In this document: one piece after another, positions 11,733-24,929 of the stretch | Position numbering within the stretch: the first letter of the stretch is position 1 | Layout: each line of letters begins with the position of its first letter | NCBI GenBank assembly: GCA_043228905.1 | Contig: JBHGNT010000013.1 | Location: forward strand, 16,182,001 to 16,246,000 | DNA length: 64,000 nucleotides | Direction of reading: 5' to 3' | Origin: Azolla caroliniana | Lineage: Eukaryota > Plantae > Polypodiophyta | The notes under the pieces: model-generated | The model's input: the letters and a program-made list of their open reading frames with translations, nothing else | Told to the model about the DNA's origin: nothing | Database searches by the model: none | Translations under genes and position numbers: made by a program

Positions 11733-14211
11733 CAGGGGTGCCCATTGGCCCCCTACCTTTATTTATTTATCTCAGAGGCATTCTCTTTCTTTTTAAATAG
11801 ACCGGATGCAGGAATTCGGGGTTTGGTTGTCCCACATGCTTGTAAGGACTTGTTGGACTCCATGTATGCAAATGACACCATGCTCTATCTGAAAGGCAAT
11901 GATGCTAATTTACAACAGGCTGAAAATAGAATTGAGTTGTTCTGTAAAGCATCAGGTGGGAAAATTAATTGGAACAAAAGTAGAGGGTTTTGGGTAAGTC
12001 CAAACTCTTGGCCGAATTGGCAACCTAATGCTGATTTTCAATGGGTTCCTAATGGAAGGGCTGTTAAGTATTTGGGCTTTTTGGTGGGAATAGAGATTTA
12101 GAAAAATCAGCAACTTGAGCAAGTGAAAGACAAAATCAGAAAAAAGCTTCGGTTATGGGCATCAGTAAAGCTTTCCCTTGCAGGTAGAGTGGTTGTGGTA
12201 AACCATATTTTGTTGGCCACCATGTGGCACTCGTTGGCATGCTGGATGTTAGATAAAGAGTGCATAAAAAATATTAAGGCAATGGTGAGAGGGTTCCTTT
12301 GGTCGGGTAGAGACCATGAGACTGCTTCAGCTAAAGTGGCCTGGAGTTGTTTGATCAAGGAAAAAAGTCAAGGTGGACTTGGGATGGTGGATCCAGTTCA
12401 CCAAAGTAAGGCTTTACTTGGTAAGCTCTTGGTGCGAAGTCTCCAACCTGGACCAGAATTGTGGAAATTGCTTCTTAGAGACAGAGCTGAACTCTGGAGT
12501 CCAAGGAATGGCGGCCCTTGGAAGGCAAGGATGTGGTGGTTGTTCAGTCCAGGCCTAACGTTAAAAGAACCTAGTATCATGGAGGATAGGGTGGCCCGCA
12601 CCATAATGAGGGCCTGGTCAAGTTTAAGAGAGGGGTTGGTCTTAATGCAGCCAAAAACAATGGAGGAACAACACCGTCAACCTCTGTTTTGGAACCCCAG
12701 GATTCGAAGTGATGATGGTATGATGCTTGGTCAGAAAAAATACCTGCCATGGGGAAAAATGGTAGGGTACAATGTTAGTTCAGTAAGAGACTGGGAGGAG
12801 TTCAAAAGGAGAAGAAGGGAGGGTCTGGTTGGAAGTCCGAGATTTACCGGTAGGTTGGAAAAGGTTACCCACTTGATAAATAAGGCTGTTGATGGTCTAG
12901 CTAGGCTGAATGAAGAAGAGGGGGTCTGGTGTGGGTGGTTTGTAGGTGAGGGCGATGCACAAATTATCCGAGGCAGGTGCCCATCTAATGAGTATCGTTT
13001 GTGGGGCAATCTAAGTGCTTTGGCGGACAATGGCCAGTGGTTAGCAGTGCGAGTGGCAATGTTGGAAGGTAAGAAGTGGCAAGTAAACCCGGACCCAGGG
13101 AAGCTGGAATTTGATCGTAAACTCTGGATAGTTGACAACAAGCCCATATGTGATATGGATTGGGATCCACTAGAGGTGTGGTGGTAGAAATCGGGAACGG
13201 ACAAACTTGAACGGTTTTTCAAGTACACTACCAAGCTAGGAAGGCAAATCATTGGCTCTAAAGTGATGGGTGCTGGCCTAACTCGCAATAGTTGGAAGGA
13301 TAAAGGCATTTCTGATGACTGGTTGAAGTCGTTTTGGAGGAGGCTATGGGCGCGCGATATGCCAGAAAAAATAAAGCTTTGGTTGTGGCTTCTTAGTCAC
13401 AAAGCGATGCCGGTGGGGGAGTGGCTTAGGTGTCGTGGTGGTGAGGCTGGATGCAAAAGTTGTGGACACCCTTTGGAATCAATTCCTCATTGTTTTTGGA
13501 ATTGCAGCGAGGCTATTAACATTTGTGGTAGAAGTCTCAGGATAGTGGCAGCATTCGGAGTGAATGGGGGTCCGTACAAGGGCTGAAGTTAACAGGGGAA
13601 GGCTGGGCTGAACAGTTAAACCCCCACGGACATGGTTTTATAGTGCAGGATGGCAAGGTGTTTCAACGGGCTGGAGTTCGACATGGCACTAACTCAGAAT
13701 TTTTTGAAGAGATATGGATGATGGTGTCTTGTTTATCGGTCTGGCACATTTGGACCAACTGTTGTAAATTTGTTTTTCAACAACAAAAGATCCCTAGCGG
13801 TGAGGTATTATTAAATATCTGGTTTGAGTTGGTATCTTGGCTGCGGGGACGATACGACTCAATTAAGGGGGAATCTAATGCAGCTGAAAGATCTCGATCA
13901 AAGTTCTTGCTGAAATGGGGTAATTCTCCTATGGTGGGCAGATCATCATCAGGGCCTCAATGGAACTACCAAGCACCCCGATGGCTGTTTCCGGTTTCCA
14001 ACAGCGTCTAGGTGCTATAAATCTGTATAGATATGGTACAAATTATTAGGTTATTGGAGTTGTTTGGATACGTTTGTTGAAAATGAGGTGGGGACTATGT
14101 CCACTTTGGTGGGAAGGCCAGAGTTAGGGCTAGTGAGAGGAACTTTGGGTGTTCTATGATGTAATTTTGTTTGCTAACTAATGCGAAGTAGTGTTTTTTT
14201 GGAAAAAAAAA
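11733..14211 (+). mobile_element. 5'-truncated L1-type LINE (RT C-terminal part, zf-RVT, poly(A) tail) with 8-bp TSD
   Basis: Starts at the RT motif QGCPLAP; YAND at the YADD position; KLSLAGRVVVVNHILLA; zf-RVT CKSCGHPLESIPHCFWNC; A tail 14203-14213; TSD AACTAGCA at 11725-11732 and 14212-14219; internal stops. Confidence 0.93.
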
Positions 14212-14699
14212 AACTAGCAAAGGGTAACAACCTCTTTTTGCTAATCTCATTTACTTTTTCATGTATCCTATCTAAGCTCAAGAGATAGACTTGAGGTGCG
14301 CATTTGTAGAATTCTTTACAATCTATGTCAATATGGCATTCATGTTAAGGGAAGGCTTATATTTATGCAATTATAAAATCAGATTGGAAAGTAAAATATT
14401 TAATAAGATCTTGCACATCTAATAATTGACACAATATACATATTGAGAATTATGTATTGTACATATATGCATGCATATGTATAGCCTTGATAATGTTACA
14501 CAACATGATTACCTATGGCTATGATAATACATACATATACTTTGAGTATTTGCATTTTTTTATTTTCACCAATATCACTTTCTTTGGCCAATAATTAACA
14601 GAAAGAAAAGTGGGATGTACAACTTTTTGCTTAGATGCACAAAATAAGAAACATGTTTTCAACTAGAGAAGAATCCAATCAATACCTAACACATTTGAG

Positions 14700-15400
14700 C
14701 CAACCACCTCCCATTGGGAAACAATGTTCGAACTATGATGTACCTACTCTCATCCGCTGAAGCATTTATACAAAGAACACGTACATCATTTTTTCCCATA
14801 TTTCTCGGCAAAGGTTTGGGATTTTTTTTGGTCTTTCAAACTAATTCTTCTTGGCATATCAAGCAATGCTTAGGCCCTTCAATGCAAAAGATTCAAGACA
14901 CTTCATGATGTATAAAGGACACACTATCTTGGGCAATTGACTCCACATTTAAAACAAATAAATTCGGGTTGCCATTATATGTGGTTGTTGCCCCAAACGC
15001 CATGGGAATCGAGATCTCCCAATATATTACATGATTTGTAGTTTTGATAGGAGCTCAAATCACGAGCAAATTGCATTGGAAACTTGCTGGAAAGTCATTG
15101 AAAACTGAACAAATGAAGTTAGAAGCACTTCAATTGATCGAGCAAGGATCAGGTGTGAAGAATATGGCTATTGTTGAGCGTTTTCGACAACTCATGGCAA
15201 ATTGACGAAATCATATGCTCTCATCTATGGTTGCATCGAGTTCTTCCAATATGCCATCTGGAGGTTCAACTAGTCAAAAGTAGTTGATTGGTGCGAAAAG
15301 AGGAGCCACACTAAACATTCCGCAAGATCAAAACACATGCCGAAAGACTAAACAAAGGTGCTCGTCTTGCTAAAAGGCGGTTGCCAATATGTGAGACTTA
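14700..15400 (+). mobile_element. Degenerate Mutator-like (MULE) transposase remnant
   Basis: 14930-15010 translates as WAIDSTFKTNKFGLPLYVVVAPNAMGI, matching the first catalytic-Asp motif of MULE DDE transposases. A KQRCSSC knuckle-like remnant lies near 15350. Boundaries are approximate. Confidence 0.65.
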
Positions 15401-16083
15401 GAAGGTTGGGTGTTTGCATTGTCATGGCTTGACCTTAACTTCAAGGAACTTGAATGTTGATTTCTTCAAATTTTGTGCTTGTGTTTTGCCATCCTGATTC
15501 CTCCCCACAAGAGCCATGATCTCTAACTTTTTGTATGGATTCAATTATGCTTTAGGTTTTTGGTCTATGATTTTATAAATTTTTGCTCTCAGAAATAAAC
15601 ATTGGATAGCTTGTGATATTTGAAACTTTTCATGACTAGAATTTTCTTAAGTAATCATCAAAAAACATTTTGGATTCTTTAATGGTTAAATTTTTTTCAT
15701 GGTGGAGTTTTTATATATCTAAAGCTCAAAGATATTGATCTCTGAATTTTGTTTTTTATGGACGTGGAAGTTTTTGAAACTCTGTGCAAATTTTTAGCAG
15801 GCTTACATGTGTTACTCGAATAAGCCCGGGTTACCCTTGACGGAGCCGAGTACTCGGATTACCCAAAAGAGCCAAGTTATTAGAGAAAATAAAAGGGGCA
15901 GAGCCAGGGTACTGGTGACAAGGGTTGGTCAGAGACGGGTTATCAATGAATCACACGTTTTCTGCGATAAAGATCTGATGGTGCAGATCGTAGTCACTCT
16001 CGGAAACATGCCCTACACTGACCGTGCCCGTGATTCCTTCGCCAGGTCTCATTATGATTTCGTAGCAAATAGACGTGTTGATG

Positions 16084-16248
16084 CATACACATACGTACGT
16101 ACGTACGTACATACATACATACATACATACATACACACATACATACATACATCATAAATACCATGGTACATACATACATCGACGTACATACATACATATA
16201 TACATCATACATACGATGGTACATACATACATACATAGCATAGTACAT
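16084..16248. repeat. (TACA)n/(TACG)n microsatellite immediately upstream of RHIP1
   Basis: Directly visible tetranucleotide array. Confidence 0.9.
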
Positions 16249-16284
16249 TCAAATATTTGATGCAGCCTGAATTAGGTCTACTCC

Positions 16285-19200
16285 ATGGCGCAGACGAAGG
16301 AAGAGATCGAAACGTCTGATTCTTCTCCTTCTCCTTCTTCTTCGAGCATCCCATGGCTATCCTACACTGTGGCTCAAGCGCAAGAGCTCACCCGCAGTGT
16401 CGCTGATTCTACAGACACTGTCCTGCATTCAACTCGTTCTTACCTCACAGACATCCGTTCTTCTGCCTCTTATTACGTACCCCAGGTACTCATTCTAAAC
16501 TCGAATCGTCCGTTTTCGTTGCACAGTTAGAACTTTGAAAGCTAATTCTGGAGGAATCTCAAAGGAAGTGAGTAAAGTTTGAACTGTATATCCTGTAAAA
16601 ATACCTTGCCATGAATTATCCGAACCTGTGAAATGATGTCCTCCATGATTGGATTGCGACACAGATTGATATTTTCTTTAGCTTTGGGCTGCATGGTAAA
16701 GATGCTGATTGGAGATGCTCTCTTTTGATCTGATTTTCATCTTGAATTCCTTTGATTTACTCATGGCATACTATATAGTTGGATGGATGACACATTTTCT
16801 TTTTAGCGTTATTAGATCTCCTGGAAGTGACTGATCAGAGCTCACATTATGATTTAATTGATCTTAAACTTCTATTTTTTCTGACGCATTTCTACCTCTT
16901 TGCACGATCATCACATTTAATTGAATTAAAACTCTAACACTTTGTAGATACCGTAGCTCATAATTGATCAAGCACCTGGTTGCACCAGAACCATTGTATC
17001 CCTAGTTTTGCAGAGGAGCAATGCTCCTCGTTTCATAGATGAGATGTCACATACCTATCTAGGTTATGTTTGGGAAATGATCATAAGCAGGTTATGAGTC
17101 TCATATAGCCATTTTTTGATCATGGCTTTCTCTGAAGGAATATTTGCAGGAACTCTCTTAAAGGGGAAATCCAGAAAGCGATTTCCAAATGCTCTTGCCC
17201 TTTTTTTCAATACTGAGGACACATTCTATTCTGGGATTGTACTGCAAAAATGTGTAAGGAATTGGGAATGTTTGTCAGGTGGAGAGTGACAGAGCCTTTA
17301 GTCATAACCTAAATCTAGGAAAAGAAATGGATTTATACAGAAGGGGCATTAAAATGCAGATGCAATGTTTCTGGCTCATTTGTTTGCGTTGGGACCATAG
17401 AATAGAACAGATGTTTTATAGTCTATGATGAGGCCAAATTTGACATATGGGACCGAATCAACATACCATATTGTGTGTAACTCCTTCCTAAGAAGGGCGT
17501 TACAACTATGTAGTAAAAAATCTCTATGTGAAAATAATGCATATGCATGTGTGCTCACCATTCTTGGTGGATGTTTGAGTATGGCACTCACGTTATCATG
17601 CCCATCTAACAAATCATTATATTTCTCATAGATTACCTTATACGCTGAGCATATTATAAGTGATATTCATCCTCCACTAGGTTTGCATCACATACCTTGG
17701 GTATCTTCATATATGAGGCCATGCTGCTACCTCAACACCTAACTTGTGTGACCGAGTTCAAAGAAGTGTTGAGGCTCTCCGAGAGCTAAGGCTCATCGGG
17801 ATATCGAGATGCGATTGGATACATCCTGTGTATTGGACCCACTTTGGGGGTTAATATTTGCAACATAATATTCCAAATTTGACATTTTAGCATCTTGCTA
17901 GTTCATCCTTAGTGCCTCACTTCTCTGTTAAGTTTGAACCTCATAAATGCAAAGTAAACAGTACATTAAGATGTGCACCTTTCCAAGATCTCCATTGACA
18001 AATCCGTGCTGAACATCCACACATAATAAATGAACACCCTATTGTATCTCCTCTGGGATTCCAAGTACATCATGCTGGTTCAAATGTGGAAAATGGAAGT
18101 CTTCAAAGGACTGGAGAAACCAATATGGTATCTTCTTATATTCTTTTGTCTATTCCAGTGAAAACTCTGAGGATAGATATGTAGTAGCTAAAAATTACGG
18201 TTTGTTTCTTCTCGTATTTTCCTATATTGTTTTTCTACTTATGAAGAAGTACTTAGCCTGGAATTGAGATGCCTTCCCAATTGTGATGCCGTCATTATAG
18301 GAAACATTGAAGCCATTCACATCCAAATTCTCACAATGCAATGGTGTGCATAATCGTAATCCCTATTAAGATTCCAATGGAAGAAACTTTCCTCAAGATT
18401 GGATTATACATGATATGTTGTACCCTTTGACACATTGCTTGCTATCCATAGTCACAGGGAAATGAGGGTTTTGTAGTTGTCATAAAGAAATATCACTCCC
18501 TATGCACATTGAGAAATTTGTAGTTTTTCCCATTTAGAGTGGGTGAATATTTAGAATAATTGGATTCAAACTAACAAATATAATGATTGCATCTGTGGCA
18601 AATACATTAAATTTTCCTACTACTTTGGCCTACTCGTAGATTAAAACTGTTGAGCTTAAATGCTCAGATGCATGTTCTATGCTTAGAAAGTCTCGACACC
18701 GACTCTGAAGTGCTTGTAAACAATAGTGGTGATTACTAATTAGTACATTAGTGCTCTATCCATTCATTATTGTTCAAAAAATTGGATTAAAAGAGAACTT
18801 ATAGTTTCATATAATCCAACCTTAAATGGCATAGTTGAAAGGTATAATAAAACTTTATGTGAACAAGTGTGATGTATGTTGTCTGGCTAATCTCTCTCTT
18901 GTTGAGGTTCTTCACAAACTACAGTACACATTTTTAATTGGTTTCTACACAATTCACTTAAAGGTGGCATATTGGAAGAGTTTTCGTTTGGCAGATTTGC
19001 CTTATATGATCATCTTTGCATCTTTGGGAATAATTTGTTGAATGCTCACATCAGCAAGAGCTAAGGAGCAAGTTGAATGTTAGATCCATCAAGGGCAACT
19101 TCCTTGGATACAATGAGGCAGTTGAAATGGGATATTTTTGTTACCACAGTTTAGAAAAGTAGTCAAGCTGAGGTATTGTTTAATGATGCAAAGCTGCTAA

Positions 19201-22200
19201 AAATATGGATGCCTGAAAACCAAATAAAAAGGTTAAATTCAGCAAGAATGGACCCAGACATGGCACCCCAGGAGATTGGCAACAGGTTGAAGCCTACAAA
19301 CATGCAAGTCTCTTGCTAGAAGATGGAGAGCAGATTGTGGACCCTAAAGATGCAGAGCAACAATCAATAAAATATGCTAATGGCACATTCTAAGCTGCAG
19401 CAAGGTAAGATTTTAGCAGATCCGGATCCAATTCCAGAAAATATAGATCATTATGCTCAAACATCCACATGACCCAGGTGTCCAATGCGACTGTATTCTC
19501 CATCCTTCTATCGTGTCATGTTGCCTACAATGCACAATGTGAACTGTTTCTAAACCAAGGATAGGTTCCTGTTACAATAGGAGTGTATGAAAGAATAATA
19601 TATAAAATTAATCAGCATTATTTGTACAAGGTGTAATTGGAGAGGATATGATTCAAAACTTGTATCGCCAAATTATGAAGCAATGTAAATACAAATAGAA
19701 TAGCAACTGTGTTGAAAAGTTTCATTGTAGGAAACTATATAAAGAATATTGTAAAACGGAATACTTAAAGCAACCTGAAGCTTGTGTGGCAAGTCATGAC
19801 ACATGCTTAGCCTTAGTGCATGGGAAGCCTAAAGTATGTGCGCCTAGCCACAGCACATGCTTAGGATTGATTGCACAGGAAACCCTATATAAGGGCACTG
19901 AAGTGAAAGAGGGAAAATAAATTCCAACAAGGCTTCCTCCTGGCTCTATTTTTTCTCTATCTAAAAATATTATTCAAAACCTTGGATGCATTTGCATACA
20001 CACATGGATTGGACGTGCATTAGCATGGCATCAGGTTCTTATAGAGTGAGGGAGAGACACCCACACTCAAAGAGGCTAGGATATGTAAAATTCCAATTAA
20101 GTAGGAGGTGGCTATGCAAGAGGAGACCACATAAACATGACTTGGGATCTTGTTGAATTGCCTAAGTGAGTGTAAAGATAAAGAGTTGTGATAGTCAACC
20201 CAAGTATGAGGCTCAATTAGTAGCCAAATGGTATACACAAACTCAGGGAGTCGACTTTCAAGTTTTTGGTAGACAATAGTCAAGATGACTACACTTATGG
20301 CAATTGCAGAATCGGGAGCTGTATCAGATGGATGTAAAAACAGCCTTTCTTCATGGAGAACTGAATGAGGAGCCATATGTGAAGCGAGAAGAATGATTTA
20401 TAATCCTAGGGATGGAGCATTTCGTGTGCAAACTCAAATGGAGTATTTACGGGAACCAATCGCTCTTTCAAGCTCTCTCAAGGTTTCATTAGTAGTTACA
20501 CATGTCATTGGCTCTAGAAAAACAAGGATAAAGATGGCAGACCTATCAAACTAATTTGTACATTGATGACATGTTGATTGCAAAAAAACATGACAAAACT
20601 CTGTATGAACTAGAAAGTAAACTCAAATATGCATTCTCTATGAAGGGTCTCAAGAGAAGTGTTGAAAGATATATTGCCACATTACTGATGTGACATCAGA
20701 AGAAATGTCGACTGCTCCATATGCTTCAACTTGTGGATCATTGATGTACGTTTTGGTAGCAACACGTCAAAGTATCGCACATGTAAACGGACTGGTGAGC
20801 AAATTCATGTACTTAGGTAGATCCATTAGGCTGCTGTCAAATTCATAATCAGGTATCTTCCAGTACTAAGGCAAAGTGTGTATATAATGGCAAAGGGAAT
20901 CTAACCCATTGCTACTATGATTCCGCCATGGCTGGCAATGTGGATATTCAGAATTCTATAAGTGGATACATATTCACTCTTGCAGGAGGAGACATTTCAT
21001 GGAACTCACGGCTAAAAAGGATCTTAGGTACAAAGGCTTCCAAGAAAGCCATTTATTTACCTTACCTTATTATGGATCTTGGATTCCCATAGCAAGTTCC
21101 AATCTTACACTGTGACATTCAAATTGCCATATGTTTGACAAAGAACTCTATATTTCATACACAGACAAAGCACATAGATATCCAATACCACTACATTCAT
21201 GATGTGATTGAGGATGACTTGATTCGGCTCGTAAAGATTGAGATGAATCAGAATCTGGTAGACTGTCTTATAAAATATCTTCTCAAGATACTTCATCAGC
21301 ACTGCCTTCAGCTAATGGAAGTCATGAAGATCCTTTATATGGGAGGTTTTCAGGGTAAAACCCTCATTACCTCTTATTCTGTGCCATCTTTTCTGTAATA
21401 AGGGTGGCAGCCTAATCATCTGCCAGCCAATGTATTTTTTGATACTGAAAGTGTGGCTTGCCTCTCCAAGGAATCTATCATGAGCATTGCAGACACTAAT
21501 CTTATGGCTTTTTTCTATGTCGATGCAACCTCTTTTGTGTTTTGGTCTTCATCTTGTTTTCAGGTTTTCCCTTCTTTCATGTGTCTCTCAGAGGCTCCAT
21601 TTTACTTACATCTGCATGTGTACCTTTTAATTTGATCTACTCTCTGCATAAACCCTACAGAAGAACGTAGGTACAACTGAAATATTGAAATGATCAAATT
21701 TGAAGCAGATCATAGTAGTTCCTTTTTCATGATTTTCCTCTGTATGCTGGTATCTGGACTACGATTGCAACCTCTGTTATGTTAATCATGAGCTGTGGAA
21801 CCCAAATTCCTGGTTTCTACTTGTCAATTGCTGAACTTGTTCTTCTGAATATGTGCAGGGTTATTTCAAAACATTGCAATCTGCTTATGGCCAGTATGAG
21901 GATGCTGTTTTTGGAAATTTGAAAGGTAAAATTTGATTTTTCTGGTTTTCATTCTCGGTTCTTAGTTCCAGGCTAGATTTTAATCCTAGCTTTAATAGAT
22001 GTTAGATTTTTTCTTTTCTGGATTAATGTATTGTATGATAGATATGATTATTAGTTTGTGTTTTTTTTCTGTTTTATCTTTAGAAGTTGTAACCTTAGGG
22101 TGGTCATAAGTTTATTAGTTGCATATCTAGGTGCAGTCTCTCATTCTCTTGTTGTGTATAGTTTGACATTTTGAACATTCTTTTGAGATTCTGTAATAAA

Positions 22201-24929
22201 ACTTGGATATTCTGGATGTTGCCTTTACCTTATTTTTTCAACTCATGGCATTTCTTCTACATGTATTACTAATACACTCGATGATATCCATATGCATTTT
22301 TTTAATTATGTTTGTTTCCCAATGTTGTAATGATAACTGATAAAAACGTGCTTGTCAGAAGCATTTCTTTAATTATGTGTGTTTCCTTTGCTATTGTTGT
22401 AATAACGAAATTCTAGCTACAATACAAACATAGTTACACATGGTATTTTTCTGCTTGATATTGATTTCAGAACTACATTATCGTTATAACAATAAGAGTT
22501 GGAATTGGTGGGTTACTCCACTCTTCTACTCCCACATTTCCTAGATTAGGGCTTAATCCTACCTGTAACACTGGATGCCTAAGGGACCAGACTTCTGGAT
22601 TGCAGTGTAACTTAGAACTGAATTCTAAACCTAGTATATTCATGAATATTATGTAGAGAAATTGAAGTCAAGAATTGATTTCCAAAACAAGACGCATTTT
22701 TGTTTTTTTTAAGAAATTACAATATGTGCCTGAGATATTTACTCTGGATGATGCATTGTTCTTCTTTTGTGTCTCCATCACTCTTTAGAATTTAATGACT
22801 TGGTATAGGGATGGGCTACGGCTGTGGTTTTTTGTTGGGGTATGCATGGTATTGTTGATGAACATCAACACCCATGAACTGGGGTAATGGACATCAAAGA
22901 GGCGAAGATTGGATATGTGTTGTGTACATGTTTGCATTTGTTACCCCTTTTTGCTTTTGGGATAGTATCTACTTTTCTTTTGTTCGAACTTTTTAGCGAT
23001 TTAACTAGAACCCAGATGGGGGAAGAAGTTCATTGGAACTAAATTTAGGGATATGGTTTATAATTCTACCAGCATTTTAGGGGACGCTAATGATAAAATG
23101 CATACCAAAATTCCATGCTTGTCTAAATTTGTGAGCAGCAAATATTTTCTACCCTCAATTGTTGATAATGATGGAGGGGGACACTGTGCCATTCTTTCTG
23201 AAGTGTTTATTTTTGCTTAAAAATGTATTTTTCAAGACAGAGGGACTCCAAATTGCTAGCGATCATCCAGGAATTACATACAGTTTGATGGCTGGTGTGG
23301 GCATTCTTGCTATGAAACGTAAGTCAGGGTACTAAAGTTATTCATATGTTTAGATTGTTAATCAAGTTTATTTGTTCTGGACTTAAGGTGGAATTTTCAA
23401 CACCACAGGACCAAGAAGACTTCTGTTTCGATATACAATTGGGCGGTTTCAAAGTGAAGAGGTTTCTTTCTGGAAGCTACAACTCAATAAATTGGCTATA
23501 CATTTGTCCTGCAGAACCTATAATTGATTTCTTTCCCCTTGGCATGCCTCTACTCTTTACTGAATTATGGGGGGGGGGGGGGGGGGGAGGCATATTGTGG
23601 TTCTTTTACATAAGCAACAATACTCAAGTTGAGCTGGATCTTTGATTTTCCTGCCAAAGTCAGAAAACAGAGTGGCATGAGAAGAGTGTCAGAACTTTCT
23701 TCTATCATGTTATTGCACGCAAAAAGTTAGTTTAACGTCTTGATGCATTAATAGAATATCTGCATTTTGAATCTGTCTATATGGTTCCAGTTTTTTCTAT
23801 CCATATTTGTCGTTGTCGTTGTTGTCTTCTAAAAGAGTTTAGTCTTTGATCCTAACATGTTTTACCTGTGCAGTCACGTTATGTAAACACTGAGAAAAAA
23901 GTGAAAGAACTTCGGCAATCTATAGAGCTCCTGAAAAATGAAAGCAAAAAACTAGAGGTTCAATTCAGCACACATGTAACTTATGTTGGAAAGTAGCAGT
24001 TGGTTTCATACTTATTCATGTTTTTTTTCTTTCAACAAGGAAAGGACGACACTTGCAGAAGATGAACTTCTTCGAGGAAGAACGAAACTGAAGTATGTTG
24101 AGTTGGAGGAGCTTGTTGTTTTAGATATGAATTTATTGTTCTGCAAATAATGAGTACCTCAGGTCCTTATTAATGTGCCTTGTTTTCCAAACCTCAATAT
24201 GTTAGGAAAGTGGGGATCCAGATCAGCAACCTTGTGACTTCAATTTGTAGGACAGAGAAACAAGCTAAAGGTTTACCAAAGTTGCTTTTGTTCGGCTAGC
24301 TTATGCAACTAGATGTCCTATATCATGCTATGTTTGCTTGATCATTGAAATTTTGCCTAACCTGTCTAGGTCTGATGGAAAATCTGAGGGATTTACCAGG
24401 TCGAGATGTTCTATTATTTCGGGCTCAGGTTTGTGTTTTTATAAAGAATAAGAAAACATTTCCCTGTTTGATCATGTCCACTTTCGGCAGATGCCAATTA
24501 CACTTTCAGCAACATTTAAAGTTTCTTTGGGCAAAGAACATCACTTGATAAATCTCATGCTCCATAAGCGCTGGAACATTGATACACAGTTGCTCCATGT
24601 GCATAAGGAAAAGGATGAATGATGATTCAACACTTTCAGCAACATTTAAAGTTTCTTTGGGCAAAGAACATCACTTGATAAATCTCATGCTCCATAAGCG
24701 CTGGAACGTTGATACACAGTTGCTCCATGTGCATAAGGAAAAGGATGAATGATGATTCAAGATTCACTCACATATGGCAAACAAGATTTTGTTTTGTTGT
24801 GTTTGTAAGTTTTCAAGAGGTTTCAATGTGAAATTTCAGGTGGCATCATTGGCTGCAGTGGCTAAACAACAAAGAGATGGTTTGACCAAGAAGGTGACAA
24901 AAATAGCTAGCCATGGCATTCCTGTGTAA
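16285..24929 (+). CDS. RHIP1: RGS1-HXK1-interacting protein 1 homolog (9 exons)
   Basis: Exons 16285-16485, 21859-21925, 23241-23318, 23409-23461, 23874-23957, 24040-24092, 24206-24270, 24370-24428 and 24840-24929, all GT-AG and in frame. The peptides YEDAVFGNLKEG, MKRPRRLLFRYTIGRFQSEE, LAEDELLRG, LRDLPGR...RAQVASLA and the ending HGIPV* match the RHIP1 family. Confidence 0.87.
18780..21659 (+). mobile_element. Degenerate Ty1/copia retrotransposon in RHIP1 intron 1
   Basis: Integrase remnant (P.LNGIVER, ~18815); RT QMDVKTAFLHGELNEE (~20325) and YIDDMLIA (~20558); RNase H FHTQTKHIDIQYHYI (~21150); probable 3' LTR ending ACCCTACA at 21659. Many stops and frameshifts. Confidence 0.8.
24500..24760. 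repeat. Near-perfect 130-bp tandem duplication in RHIP1 intron 8
   Basis: ACACTTTCAGCAACATTTAAAG...GATGATTCAA is repeated at 24500 and 24630 with about one substitution. Confidence 0.95.

Noticed and set aside
15807-16157. 116-aa ORF or PPR-like fragment upstream of RHIP1
   Set aside because: No convincing motif, and the 3' part is microsatellite-derived.
19570-19929. Solo LTR nested in the Copia remnant (TGTT...AACA)
   Set aside because: The flanks do not form a clean TSD, so it cannot be supported.
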